Below, piece by piece: positions 12,101 through 26,300 of a stretch of DNA of 64,000 nt. Made by a program: the position numbers and the translations under genes. The notes beneath the pieces were generated by a model. It saw only the letters and a program-made list of their open reading frames with translations, had not been told where the DNA came from and did no database searches. How positions within the stretch are numbered: position 1 is the stretch's first letter; every line of letters begins with the position of its first letter. This DNA is from Lingula anatina. Its lineage: Eukaryota; Animalia; Brachiopoda. Where the stretch lies: NCBI GenBank assembly GCA_051362555.1, contig CM120642.1, forward strand, positions 15,934,001 to 15,998,000, in the 5' to 3' direction.

Positions 12101-15100
12101 GTGTTATTTGGCGTTCTGTTAGTGATTATTTTAAAATTCCTTTATATATAGCCGATAACTAGCAAAATGAAACTTAGCACAAAGTTCTTTTATTGAAATG
12201 GAATCATGTACAAGGTTGTAATTTAAAAGATGTTACCAGAAGAAGCTATTTCCATTATTATAGGCTGCTAGCACAGTGGCACCTGTAGATCAGATACCAT
12301 GTTAAAACTGTTGTATTAAAGCACACTTTAGACAAAATTCAGTTATTTGTTACGGACGGAGTGAAAACTTTAGAAGTTAGGCATGTCTCTTTAATCCTTT
12401 TAGATCAAAGTTAGTTGCATTTAGTTCGACTAGAGATCATTCAATAGAACATATAACGTACAACAATAACTCCAATGTCCTTTGAAATAGCCTTTGCATA
12501 AAAATTCGCTTTAACCTTCGATCCCACATAAACAATCACGATGATCAATCTTCATTATTGAAATTATGACCTTCACTTAAATCGACGTAGATTTTCTTAT
12601 AGGGAGAGAGGCCAAGGGAAGCTGTCATGAGCCTGAGTCTGTTTAGATTCGTAAAGAATAATAGGATATGTAAATCCCGCCATTTTTCTCTGCACCTCAA
12701 AAGACCCGACCCAGGTCTATAAAATATTTAACAGATTTGGTGTTACATCTGATCAGTGTATTTAAATCATTATTTTATTACTCACAGCAATTGCGTTTAG
12801 AGTATTAGACTACATTTTGCTGCGATGAATAATCGATTTAACCAAAAATCATTGTTGGTTTGCTAAAACTGATTTTCTTATCATTGGTGACTGTGTAATC
12901 TTTTAAATGTGTGGCGATACACTCAGTGACTCAGACTGCTTAGACTCATGAGGCAACACACACTGTCGGTAGTAGCCCCGCCTCGTGAGGTTTTCATTTG
13001 AGCTTACTGTTCTCGTTATGTTTTCCTGCCTCATGGAATGTGAAGTTAAAGTTAATAGTGCCTCGTATGTCAACTCAACGCACACAATGTGCTAATGGTT
13101 CAGTCCTCGCGAGATTGGTCTCTAATCTCGAAAGTTGCAGTGGTCGCCCGCTTCAATTAACTTCTCTGTAAAAAAGGGAAAATAGTGACGGAGTTGGTTG
13201 GAGTTGGTTGTAGCTCGCTGTTCATCGACCTGATCACGCTTTGATAAAATCCATTTCTACTACCGCTCTACTCCTGCCTGTTTTAATTTCAAAGCGCTCT
13301 CCTTTTTTCACTTTATCAAAAGCACTTAAACTGAGATTGATGTAACGCGTTCTGTCCTTTAATGAGCCCTTGATCATAACTATCTTTATTTCGGGTGTCT
13401 AGCAGGCATCATGGATCATTCCAACTACGCCTTAACCAGCCTGATATACATGGATAGCAATTCTCTTTTATTCAAACTTGTTTCATAACGCGTTTCTGAA
13501 TCTTGCAACGGAAGACCCTCGTGCCCGTCTCATTGTGTTTGTTAAACAAAACCACTATGTTTGTGCTGCACATCTAATTAATAAATAGCATCTAGAGCAA
13601 GCGTCTCCCGGAACTCGGGTCAGATCACTTACGCATTATATGGCAAGAGATAGAGACTCGAGGGACTTGTTCTGCCTTAATGGGCAATTCAGTGACATTT
13701 CATCGGTAGATAATGAAGTATTAGTGAACTTACATCGATTGTGACTGGCTCATGTACTGCCATTGCATCCAATCGTTAATGCCTACGTACTATTCGAGCT
13801 TAGCTGCTGGATTGTCAATGGTTGAGCTTTGATCACTGGCCATATATACATGAGATAGAAGGCATTTTAGATAACGCCACACGTCTCCTTAAAATGATGC
13901 TAATAATGTCAGCAACCAGCTTAGCAGGGAGAAGCATGGTGTGGCCAAAAGCTAAGTTAATAAGTCACGTCGACAACTGTGCCATATTGGATCTTGCAGT
14001 CAATGGAGCTTAAGTGTCAAGGAGAGGCCAATTTTCAAAATAAACCTTTTCAGCTTGTTCATTATATTTTCTTAAATTAAGACTTGACACTATTTCCGTA
14101 ACAGTTAGATACGTTTAAAATAGTTTAAACTATAAAGGCACAATTCTCGGAGCAGCGGCTATCATATATTATTTGCCAATCCCATTGAATTTCTCCTTAC
14201 ATCTTGCATGGGTTGAGGATTATATACGGTTAATTTTAAAGACTTTGGTGATCTTCTTTTCACACACCGATTTTTGAATAATGCATACACAAAACATATT
14301 AAGTGCATGCAAAATTAATATCAAGGTATCACTGCCATATTTATGATATTGTGCAACATGCAAATTATCATTACCAAAACAAAAAGTACGAGCAGTTAGT
14401 ACTTTATCTTTTATTTTCAATGCAAATTGAAAACATGGAATTTTAATCGTAAAACCAATCTGAATACGGACCCATCATGATTTGTCTATCCGCCATTGCT
14501 CGGCTACAGACCTCTTTTGCATTACTATTATAATATAGCTTGGCGGCGTTTTCGTGTCTCTTCATGTATAGCTGCGTAACTAACGCTCAACACCACTTTA
14601 TCACTTAAGAGGAGACGTGCGGTTATCTGAAACATTAGTGAATGCATCTACATGCATTTGGTGGTATAGAACAGCTTTAAATGTCCCTAAGTACCATTCT
14701 GATTCCAAGTAATGACGGGAAAAGTGTAACGTGAAATGTTTCTTAAAATAGGCAAGTTGCAATACATCCATCAAATGAAGCTGTGATAATCGAGATCATG
14801 ACAGAGCGTATTTGATTTTCAAGTTTTTTTTTAATAGGTGAAATGAACAAACATCGGAACAACCTATTAGAATTAAAAACAAAAAGTGAATAAAGTAAAC
14901 GAAGAAAAGCTATGGAATTAAAAGTCAAATTATCAATAGTAAATGAATTGCTTATTGTAATACATCACTTTTCATTCATTGATTTTTATACAGTGTCATG
15001 TTATGAATGTAACTATTTACCCATGTGGCATAAAGTGGCATAAAGTGATGTGTATAACAGGACTTGTAAATGGAGAGAGTACTTACATGGCGCTGAATCC

Positions 15101-15242
15101 TATTTTTGCCATATCTTTAACCTCATTATCCGGACAGAATCTACTAGATATTCATTAAAAATAGCAATAAAGCATTTATTACGTTTTCGACTCTTGGTGT
15201 TTGCAAGAGGAGGAAGATTCAACCGATACCAAGTGGAGTCTA

Positions 15243-15495
15243 GACTGGGTTCCCATACCTATATCGATCTAACAGGATCGATCCATCTCCGGTGGGTTTC
15301 TCGCTAAATTGCTTTCAGCTTAAGCGGCTTAGATGTTTGGCACGCGTACTGAAGCTGCTTAACGATAATTAATTACCCCCTAGCAACTTCAGTAGCCGCG
15401 ACAGACATCTAAGCCGCTTAAGTCGCAATATAGCGAGATTCCCCTCGGAGATAGATCGATCCACAGTTAGTGCGATAGGGTTTGGGAATGGGCCC
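15243..15495. mobile_element. Harbinger/Tourist-like palindromic MITE, family A
   Basis: Imperfect palindrome ending GGGAATGGGCCC; homologous to 32457-32668 and 48128-48373. Confidence 0.8.
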
Positions 15496-16447
15496 TCAAG
15501 TCTCCCTTTGAAAAGTGAACTTAGTGATTCAATTCAACGTCCATCTGAGCCCACTCCACATGCACCGCTCTTATCAGTGAACCAATACCATTCTTTGACA
15601 TGTGTCACTGATATCCATTGAATGTTATATAAGACACACTTTATGGATAGTGAAACAACGTTTATATATCTATGCAGAAACACTTCGTCTTTAAAGCGCT
15701 TTAATACCTCTAATAAAACTTGGGAGGGACACAGTGTTCTGGTAGGGTCGGGAATGTAGGCGATATAGCACATTTAAAACGACAGTCACGTTTCAGAGGA
15801 TCTCGTCGGGCTTGTCACCCATTCCGCGTTGGTACCAGTACATTAACATGGATCACTCACTGCAGTGGGTGGGATACGGCAACACTGGTTTTCATAGGGC
15901 AGCGGTTGGAATTGTTTTATGGCAAAATCTTTTCCAGCTCTTCTAATGTTTAAAACCAAATATTATGTCCTACGAAAACCCACATCGTATGACTCAGTGT
16001 AATGGAGTTATATGTTATGTTCCTTTAAAGCACGCGAACACTATATGCAGTTTTCTTTAAAGTGGCTATTAAAATATCATTAATATGATAACATCACGCA
16101 TATTAGGTTGCTTTCTAAAATGACAAATATACCTGCAGAACGCATTACATAAATATGTCTGGGCTCGTCTAGGCACGATTCTTGTTATTACTTGGAGCGA
16201 GCCCTTGAGAAATGCCGATGAATTAAGCTGTAACATTATCATGGTCTGTTTTTTTCTTGGTAAAGCAGGATTCGTGTGATCCTCAAAGAAAAGTATTTAT
16301 AGTAACTTTGAGATTTATACTATAATGATTAAGTTTTGATTAGTGCCTGTTGCACATTGTTTCAGCTGTGTTGCTCTCTTATTGCAGTTGTTGTGACTTT
16401 AAAATCACTTTTCATTTGCATTTTCTTTTCCATTCATTTTACTTCAG

Positions 16448-16563
16448 CATTGGACACCAATAATGTGATGGTAAAGAAGCAACTGTTTGAGCTTTTCAGC
16501 GCGTTATTCGTCTACTCAAAGGAAGGCTACGGCGTTGCCATGGACGCGCTCGAGTTTTACAGG
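16448..16563 (+). CDS. INF2: INF2-like exon (DID; (A)LDTNNVMVKKQ...ALEFYR)
   Basis: ttcag acceptor, AGG|gtaaga donor, 116 nt, starts in phase 1. Confidence 0.92.
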
Positions 16564-19500
16564 GTAAGAAAGCGTTTTGAATAAAGGTTTAGATTGTCTG
16601 AATAAAGCAAATAACTGAAAAAGGATATGGCGAAATTATGAGTTTAGGTATTTATGGTGTCTTCCACATTACAATGTCAACAAGTCTACAACGTTTCTTG
16701 TAAAAGGAGTTTTCGGTCCTTGAGTCGCCGAATTATGAGAAAAAACCTGCGTCTTTACTGATACTCCCTATTTTCACTCAAGTCCCTCCGTAAACAGCAG
16801 GTTGCTGCATTTTATGACTGCCAAGGAACAATATTCCTCAAGACCAATTTGGATATTTCCAGTAACGTGATTTCGGTTTTTACGACACTCCTTGCTGCCC
16901 CCCCTTGTGCCGTCCTTGTGCTTAAGCACATGTGGCGAAGGTCTTGACGTTGATGTTTCGCCCTGCTTGCAACTTGCATTACCTACATGCATCTCTTTGT
17001 GCTGTGTAGTTTGCTTCCTGTCACATTTGCATGTTGGCAAAAGCAAAAGCTGCTGTCTCGGTAAAAATGATTATACTGATTATATAGAAATGTCAAAAAA
17101 TACTCACTTGAAGTGTTCATTAAGCACAGAGTAAAGGATTGTTTAAATAACAGTGTCATGCATATTTTACTGGCGTATGAAATCGGACCATCAGCCAACG
17201 TTTAAAAACTATTTTGTATTACGCTATTTACAACCTAATCATAAGATTTGTTTTCTCTACAATTAGGTAGCGGTGAGTATAATACTTATCACTTTATTAA
17301 GAATTTTTCCAATTCAATTCTGGTGCTATGATTGTATTATGCTGGGCTACTGCTGGCCTGGAAGCAGAGCTACTAGGTTACCTTCTCCTCGCTAAGTCTG
17401 CACAATGTACAGTCAGCTTCTGAACCTTGGCTGAAGACGTGCGCTGTGACAATATTCACGGTCGTCTTTGGCCCCATACCCATAGACACCATCGGTGTAT
17501 GTGGATTGACCCAATTCTGCGGGACTCTCGCTGACTGCAGTCAACTTAACTGAATGACACGCCTCCTCTGGCGTTAAGCAGAATACAGAAAAGCTGTTGA
17601 TTATACGAGTAAGTTGGAAACAAGAGGAAGCGCGTCATTCAGTTAAGCTGATTGCAGTTAGCGAGATTCTCCGCAGAGTTTGGTCAATCCACGTAGACTG
17701 AGGGTGGCTATGGGAATGGGGTCCAAGTCAAGGTTTTACGCGACAAATTTGCTAATTGTCCTCAAAACCAGGGGCATCTTCGTCTCCGCAAATGACTATT
17801 TTACTCTGAGCACCGTTCAGGTGAAAACCAGTTTATTTTTCTTCCACTAAAACGCCAAGGTGCAGAAACATAAAAATGTTGTGGAATTCTGGCTCAAATG
17901 TTATAATACATTGATTTGCGGAGACAGAGATCCTAGTTTGATGGTTTGAGAGATGCTAGTTTGATCATGCGACCCCATTTTCTTCCCACAAACCACCGTC
18001 ACATAATGTTAAGTACGAGAGAAAAAGGAGCACAGACGCTTTGATTAAATAAAAACACAAATATAGTGATTTAACGATATTTGTATAAAACTGAACGTAT
18101 AATCACACATGTACATCTATGCAGTTTTGTTGTTATCTCTGAGAAGGTCGCGGTAAGTATGTGATTTAGTATTTTAGAGTCACTTATATTTTCAGCGTAT
18201 TTTTTAAGTTCAGCATTACTTTCTAATAGCTATTATTTTGTGTTGTGATGCTTCATTTTTGGAGACGCTTTTACGTCTGCTTCATTACACGCTTGGGGTT
18301 GTGAGTAAAGGGTCTTAAAGTTTGTAGGTTGTTAAACAACCTCGAGGATTCGGTCAGTTTACAGCATTTAAAAATTACAATGGAACCAATACCCGCGCAA
18401 TGTTAGACCGTGCTAAGTCGCTTGCAATTCTGCTTTAATACGGTGCAACGGAAAGAGAAAATGTTTTGAAGCCAATGTTCAGAGAAAGAGTTTAGTAGCA
18501 AATCCAAGCCAAAGCGTGTTTGATATATGTTATATAAAAAAATTGAGTATGAAAACCACTTTGCATGGTGCCTTATGAAGAACATTGAATAAAATGTCAA
18601 GGAAACGAAGAAGTTTCCCCTTACTTATGGACAGGTTAAATATCTGACCACTGCGGTACTTGTTTGAGACCAAACTCTTATCTCTGGTGGGAATAATTTG
18701 TTGTGGGAATACCAAATTTTTTAAGATGCCATAGATGTCTGAGTTATGTCAAGCTATGTCAACCATGACTTTGGTTTTCCTACAGCTAAAACGAGAGTAG
18801 TCTGTCTCTTCAGCGACATTTCAATTTGGCTTTCAGTGTGGGCGTGAGTCTATGAACGGCTTTTTGACGCGGGTCTATGAAATAGTCGCAATTGGTAAGG
18901 GTTCGCATGGGACACTTCAGACCTGTGTTGTAATATCCCAACCGGCCAATAACTCAGCAGTGAATTCAGGATGGGGATAAACTATCACTAGAACAAAAAA
19001 CGTTCGATTCGTAGAGCTTTTCTCAGAATTTTTTTATTACCGGAGGGAACGTGTCGAACACACAGAAAAAAAAAGAGAAAAATGCTTAGAAAAAATACTT
19101 TGGATCGTACATAGCAATATTATATGCACTTATGAAAGTGTTGCTTATGGCTAGATATACCGTCGGTTTTTTTATATACTGCCAAAATTCATATCACTGA
19201 CTTTTTTACGTACTCTAGCATGGTGCAAGATATTGAATGTGATTGAATACTGAAACATACAGTGACTGTAATTACATTAAGCATTTGAAAAACCGCCAAA
19301 GTTTTTTTTTTGTATTTTTTCTTATTTTCTTTATTTCTGCATCTTTTATAAGTCGTCATCTTACGCATGCAGATTTTCAAATATTTCACTGTGATATTCG
19401 TAAACGTCACTCCTCAGGAGACTCATGGAACTTCTTATTGCTTAGAGATAGCACAATATACGAATTCTCATTTTAGGTGGTGTAAGATACTTTCAAACGT

Positions 19501-22500
19501 TTTAGTTGTTTTGAATGTGTCCAAGAACTGTAGTGATAAAAGGATTCTAAATAAAACAGACACGTAACAGTCAATAATACGATTAAATACAAAACGTGAT
19601 ATCGGTCAGTGTCTACTGTTAATTGAGAGGTCAAAATGTATTAACCTATTTGTCTGAACTGGTTTATTACCCCAACATATTATACATAATAAAGTCTGTA
19701 CCATTATCATTGCAGGCAGCCAAGAAGCAACGGTATCGTTTCAGCGTGATCATCTACGAGATGAAGAGGGCGGAGATCGTCCCGTATAAGGCCACTCTCC
19801 TCGCCTTGGTCAACTGTATCCTCGTGGCCACAGAAGACCTGGAGGAAAGAGTCAGAGTTAGAAATGAATTCATAGGTAAGTTTGCGGCCTCGCCAAAAAT
19901 TTATATAAGTTTGTTGTCAATTCAAGAGGGACTGCTGGCAAGTGCCTTATTTTGAAATATTTACAAAATGGTAGGCCAATATTTTCGTGTTGTATGCAAT
20001 GGCAAAGAAAGGGAAGTATTAATAGACATAAAACATATAAATTATGTAATAGGACCTTAAATAGTTTGGCTTATTTTGAAAGAACGACTTATGTAACAAG
20101 TTTTTGTGCTACACATTTTGACATCCTTTACAGGCTTAGACTTGCTGGACATCATCCACGATTACGAGAACGAAGATGTGGAAGATCTACAGGTGCAGGT
20201 GGATGTTTTCAATGATGAAAAGCAAGCAGACGACGAGATCATGTCTGAAGAACATCCTGAAATGGACCTTGATAACCCACGCGAGGTGTTTGACGCTGTC
20301 TTTCAAAGGGTGAGTCCCTTTGCAGGCTTAAGCTTAAACTCCAACTATTTAAATTTGCCACGACCTTTGGGAAAAACTAAATTGATGTGATGCCTTACTT
20401 GACATTTCTAGAACGCCTGTTTCTTTTACTTCTCTAATTGTTTGTCATGTGCCATTTGTACTCTCAATTGTGTATCAGTAATTGCATGTTGTCAACAAAT
20501 TCGAAATGAAACTTGCTAAATTCAAAGATACACGCTATGTGGTAATAAGAAAAGCGCCATTAACATTGTACAGTACCAGGGTTCATCTTGATCACCATGT
20601 GCCCTGCCTCATATGCATAGCGTTGGCGGTCAGTCCCCTCCACATCTCTCTGCCTCTTGGTACATGAAGCTCTCAACTGAGTACACTGTATATCCCATCC
20701 ACTTAGCACTGCTTAGCACATTTTTTCTTTGTCTTCCTTTGATCCCTTTTCTTTCCAAATTCCCTGATGCAATTACCATTTCCTCTCTACTACATGAAGA
20801 TATCGTCATGATATTTCCTAGGAAAGTGATTAAGTGATTTGTCTTTTTCTGGTCTTGTTGAAGAGGGTTCACTCGTTATTTACTTTACTTAATTAACTGT
20901 TTCATTTTCAGTGTCCATAGAACAAATAACGTCCTATGGATATGCAGATTTCAGTAAAAGATGTATTAAATATCTTCCAGGTGTGCAATAAACCCCAGGC
21001 TCAAGTCTTACTATCCATCCTTCAGAATTTCTTACAAATTGATGATGAAAACCAAGACAGGTTTGTTTGTTTCTATCGTGAAAAAAGTATGAAAAACTGG
21101 AAACTGCTTAGACATGTAAATATTATTCTAATGTATTATTATTATTCTAAGCATTTTGTTTGATTAGATCCTTGTCTTAACACAAAATTTTGGGGAAAGC
21201 ATTTTCTTTCCAAACTACAAATATTGACGAAGACACACCGTCCATCCCATATATTTTCAGTGATATGGTTTGGCTTACTCTACAGCGCGTAGTACAGCGC
21301 GCCGTTTTAAATGACAGGCCAGAGTCAGCAGACAAAATACTCGACCACATTCTGGAAGAACAGAAGCTCCATAGGAGTGGCAGTTTGGTGAGGAGCCCAA
21401 CTGAGGACCACGCGGTGCAAACCGATCTCTATCTTCCTGTGATAGCCAATGGTGCTGTGACTACAACAGAGGACCGTAAGACTTTCCAGGAGCTTGTGGA
21501 TAAAGTTGAAACTATATCTGTGAATGCCAGTCCAACGACCGTCAATATGCCAGGGGCGGTGAACGTGTTTCCAGGATGTAAAGTGGGTGGAACGGAGACC
21601 GCCGGTATGGCACCTACTTCGCCCAAACCAGCGGCAGGACAGACTCTCAGTCCTCCACCACCTCCTCCGCCGCCACCACCTGGCATAGGTGCTAGTGCAA
21701 TACCACCTCCTCCACCCCCTCCACCTCCCCCTCCTGGTTCTGCCATTCCACCCCCTCCCCCGCCACCTCCTCCTCCACCTGGTTCTGGCATACCACCACC
21801 ACCACCTCCTCCTCCTCCTCCACCTGGTTCTGGCATACCGCCGCCACCCCCTCCTCCACCTGGTTTTGGCATACCGCCGCCACCCCCTCCTCCACCTGGT
21901 TCTGGCATACCACCACCACCTCCTCCTCCACCTGGTTTTGGCATACCGCCGCCACCCCCTCCCCCACCTGGTTCTGGCATACCACCACCACCCCCTCCTC
22001 CTCCTGGTTCTGGTATTCCGCCACCTCCACCACCCCCTGGTTCTGGTATTCCGCCACCTCCACCACCCCCTGGTGGCGGTGGCCCGCCCCCACCCCCGCC
22101 TCTTCCAGGTGGCCAGTTGATAATACCACAGCGTGCCAACACATACGCAGCAGCCCCTTCCCCGAGTATGGCGCCGTTGCCCGCGCCAAAGATGTCCATG
22201 AGGGCTTTCAACTGGACCAAGGTGCCAAACACTACGATATCGAGTACGTTTTTGTTCATAGATTTGAGAATTATTTGATTGAGATTTTATACTGGTAATT
22301 ACTACTTAAGCTGTGAAGTCTTTCAAACTTACTTCATAGTAGTAGGCCTACAGTAAAGAACGTGTTTGTATAATCTTTAATATTACAAGAAGGCTGCGTG
22401 TCATTTACTGTTGAATCTTAGTTCAGTTTATAGAAATGTTCAATAAAGACTAATTTAGAATTGATTTTTTTCATTAGGGCAAGTCAGCGTGTGGAACGAG

Positions 22501-23256
22501 GTGATATACTTAAAAGAGCCAGTCAAACTGAACTTCGATAAAATAGAGGAATTGTTCTCCCAAAAGAAGATCGAGAAGAGCAAACCAAAAGAGGAAGTCA
22601 AACCAAAACAACCGAAAGAGGTAGTTCACGAAATCGCCATTAAAGCACACGTGAAAGAAACGTTGTAAAACTCCGTGACTGTGACAAAGTGTGGCTTTTC
22701 TGCTCGGTCTTATTACCGATAAACACTGTATCGCTTTAAAAGAGGCCCACCACCACATATCATTATTTGTCCATAATTTGAAAAGAATCCCAACAGTTTT
22801 ATACAAAAATGATCAATGGACCGCACATGTATTCAAATCGTTACTATTTTCATTCATAACCCGTGTCTGTCATTGCAATGATAAGACCTAATTTGGTACT
22901 CGATCACCATATCCAGCAAGTTACTTAGATAGGCGTACAACCATGCTTGACACTGAGTTCATTTATAACTAGAGACCCAGTCCACAGTAAACAATTTTTA
23001 ATTCAAAATTTTATTAGGCCTTACATAGCCTGTTGCAGCCCATAGCGTGACGTTCTGTCAGTGGTATATGTTTGTGGTATATATTTGTTTTAGATTTTGC
23101 TGTTGGATGGAAAACGGAGCATGAATATCAACATTTTCCTGAAGCAATTCCGTGCACCAAACGAGGAAGTTATCAAGATGATCCAGAGTCTGGACGGCAG
23201 TAAAATTGGGGCAGAGAAGCTCCGGGGTCTTATCAACATCCTGCCACAGCAAGACG

Positions 23257-23307
<51 letters not shown>

Positions 23308-26300
23308 GAATAACAGAAAGAAATAATACCTTTTAATGAAAGATCATCTTAGTGCTTTTGGACAGAGATTTATCCTAGTAAGGGTGTCGAATCGGCGTCC
23401 CTTTAATCTTTGCTTTTTATATGCAAAAGTTTCTTATTAATGTAATGTATCCAGTAACTCCCACACGACTAGGGTATATAACAAAATAGTTCACGTCCTC
23501 TTGTCGATAAATCACCAAAATATATTTCCAGATTGAAATGTTGAAGGCATTCAGCGGTGATAGGGCGTTGCTAGGTAACGCGGAGAAGTACTACGACCTC
23601 CTGGTTGCTGTCCCTGGCTACAAGATCAGTTTGGAGGGGATGCTGCTAATGGAGGAGTTCGCCGGAAGCAGAGACGACCTGGCTAGAGACATAAAGAACA
23701 TGATATCGGCGATCACTTCTCTGCTTGAAAGTTCTAGTCTAAAAGCGTTCCTGAGGGTAGTGCTCGAGGCCGGGAATTTTATGAATACCGTAAGTATAAC
23801 AGAGATAGAGAGACTATTTGTTACGTAATTACTAAGCTAAATTAAGCAATATTAAAAGAGAGGCCTTCTGGCGGCAGTCCAAGCAATATGGTCTTTCTCT
23901 TTTTCATTCGTTTGTCATTAATGAAAAAAGGCCTGTTATACCCAACAGGCCCGTAGCCAGGGGGGTTCGGGGGTTTGAAAGAACCACCCTTTTTGCTGGG
24001 AAAAGGTCCACTCTAGGTACAATATGATCTATGTACTTGAGGCTTTTATGGTCAAAAGGTCCATTTTTCAGAAAACGACCCCCTCCCTCTAAATTTGCTG
24101 GCCATGGGCCTGCCCAATGTATCGATATACTTATTCTCTCTACCATTATCGTCGCCGTTACCGGCATTTACCACCGTTAGCTTTGTCATCATAACACTTT
24201 GTCCAGTCAATACATCCTGCTTTCTTCTTAAAAGTAGATAGAACTGCAATCGATACTGTGTCATTGTAAAATGTTCTCCGGTCTACTTCTGTAACGAAGT
24301 CATACAAATGGTTGGTATTTTCCGTAGGGTAAACATGCTGGGAATGCTATAGGCTTTAAGATCAACTCCCTCAATAAGTTGACGGATACTAGAGCCAACA
24401 AGCCGAGGATGACTCTCCTCCACTACTTGGTCCAGGAGGGAGAGAAGGAAGAGGGAGTGATCAACTTTGCTGAAGATCTGGTCGCAACTTTGAAAATTGC
24501 CAGCAGGTTCGTGGGCAACGTTGGCCGTTTTTGTGTAGAAAAGAAAGAGATGAGACTAAATATTTGCTAATTTAATTAAAAGATATTATGTAACGATGTC
24601 CCTTTTCGCACTGTGAGTCACAATGCCCTGTTATAACGGGATTCGTGCATCTGTCCTTGTGTGCGTATGCGAGCGCGGGCGCGTGAGTTGAAGAGGTTAA
24701 ACAATTATTTTAATGTGCAGATGTTGGCAATTGTCTGTTCATTTTGTAACTAACCAAATTCTGTATTTTTTTACCACAAGACTCTCTGTGGACAACATGA
24801 CGTCGGAAGTTAACCAGCTGGCTAGCAGTGTCAACAAGCTGGGAACACAGCTCCAAAATGCACCGGAGAACATCAAAAACAACTTCGAAAAATTTGTACA
24901 GGTACATGTACTCACAGTAGCACAGCCGTTACTATTAAACTGGCTTTCACTTTTACATTTATTTCTGAACTTTACAGATTCGTTTAACACGAGAAAAGTT
25001 TCTAAAAACGACAAGTGTCTTTTGATTTATAAGAAGAAGTAGGCACCTTTGTATATTCAAGGATATATAATAGAGGTTATAACTTGATAAAATATGGTAC
25101 ATTTTTAAAATACCAAAAATACTAGCTTAACATGCAGGGGGTAGCTGATCTTAAAACAAGTTGTTAAGAAATTGAAGCCTTTTCTCAAACATCTACATAC
25201 AAGAATGGAGATGTACTCACGTCAATTTCTTACAATTTCAGACAGCGACTGCGGACGTCACCGAGTTGAAGGCCTCGCTTGAAGAAATAAAAGAGCTTAC
25301 ACTGAAACTGGGCAAACATTTCTGCGAAAACGAAAGCACGTTCAAGCTGGAAGAATGCTTGGGAAACTTTAAAACATTTTGTGAGCGAGTAATCGAATGC
25401 CGCAAGGTAAATTAGATATCTGAAATCGTATAGATTTTTGAGTATGGCGTTTATTTGTTTTTAGTGACTTAGCCATAAGCATCATGTAGTTTGGATTTTA
25501 AACCTCAGTTGCGTAAATGTTTGTTAGAAAGTTTGGCATGTATAGGAGGGGTACGAATTTAATTTTATCGCCAAAACTTAATATCGTCTTATCACCGGTT
25601 TCAATAAATTTGAAAACAATAACAGAGTTAACCTGCAATTCAAATACATGGCCGGTGTAAATATTCCAATATTTTTTCAGGAAAATGAACAGAGAGCACT
25701 GCAGGAAATTAAAGCTGAAAAAAGACGCAAAGAGAGAGAGGCAATGGAGGCAAAGCGAAAAGAAGCTGGAGGTTTGTATTTGCCTTACTGCAGTACTGGT
25801 GGGTGTATGAATCATTAAGCACAATGGACTGTTTTGACACCGATGATATTAGTATCCAGCACAAATAGAATTGTGTACATAATTCTCAGCTGGTATATGA
25901 CGTATTCTTATTAAGGTAGAATATAAAAACATATATAGATTATACTGTCGCTTATTTAAATAAATATAATTACGCCTACGCTGAGTTTTAGAAAAGTCTT
26001 CTATCACATCAACTTTCTACTCGTGTCATTTCAGGAAAAGTCGTGGTTCCTCAGGAAGAGGAGACGTGTATAGTGGACAAACTCCTCATGGACATACGTC
26101 GTGGTTTCACCCTTCGAAAGAGCAACAGCGTGACCGCGGCGGATTCTGGAGCTCCAAGCAGCCCGAGGTCTAGACGCATTAGCAGGATGAAGCAGCAAAA
26201 CTCCAAGAACGCAGCAAAGTTAAAGAAGGAAAATGCCATTGAAGAGTCGCAGTCGGAAAGTCAGTCTGAGGAGAAAAATAAAAGCCCTAAAGCGGATGGT

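Noticed and set aside
21429-22259. 276-aa Gly-rich antisense ORF and the His/Leu- and Val/Glu-rich alternative frames
   Set aside because: Shadows of the CCN-rich FH1 exon
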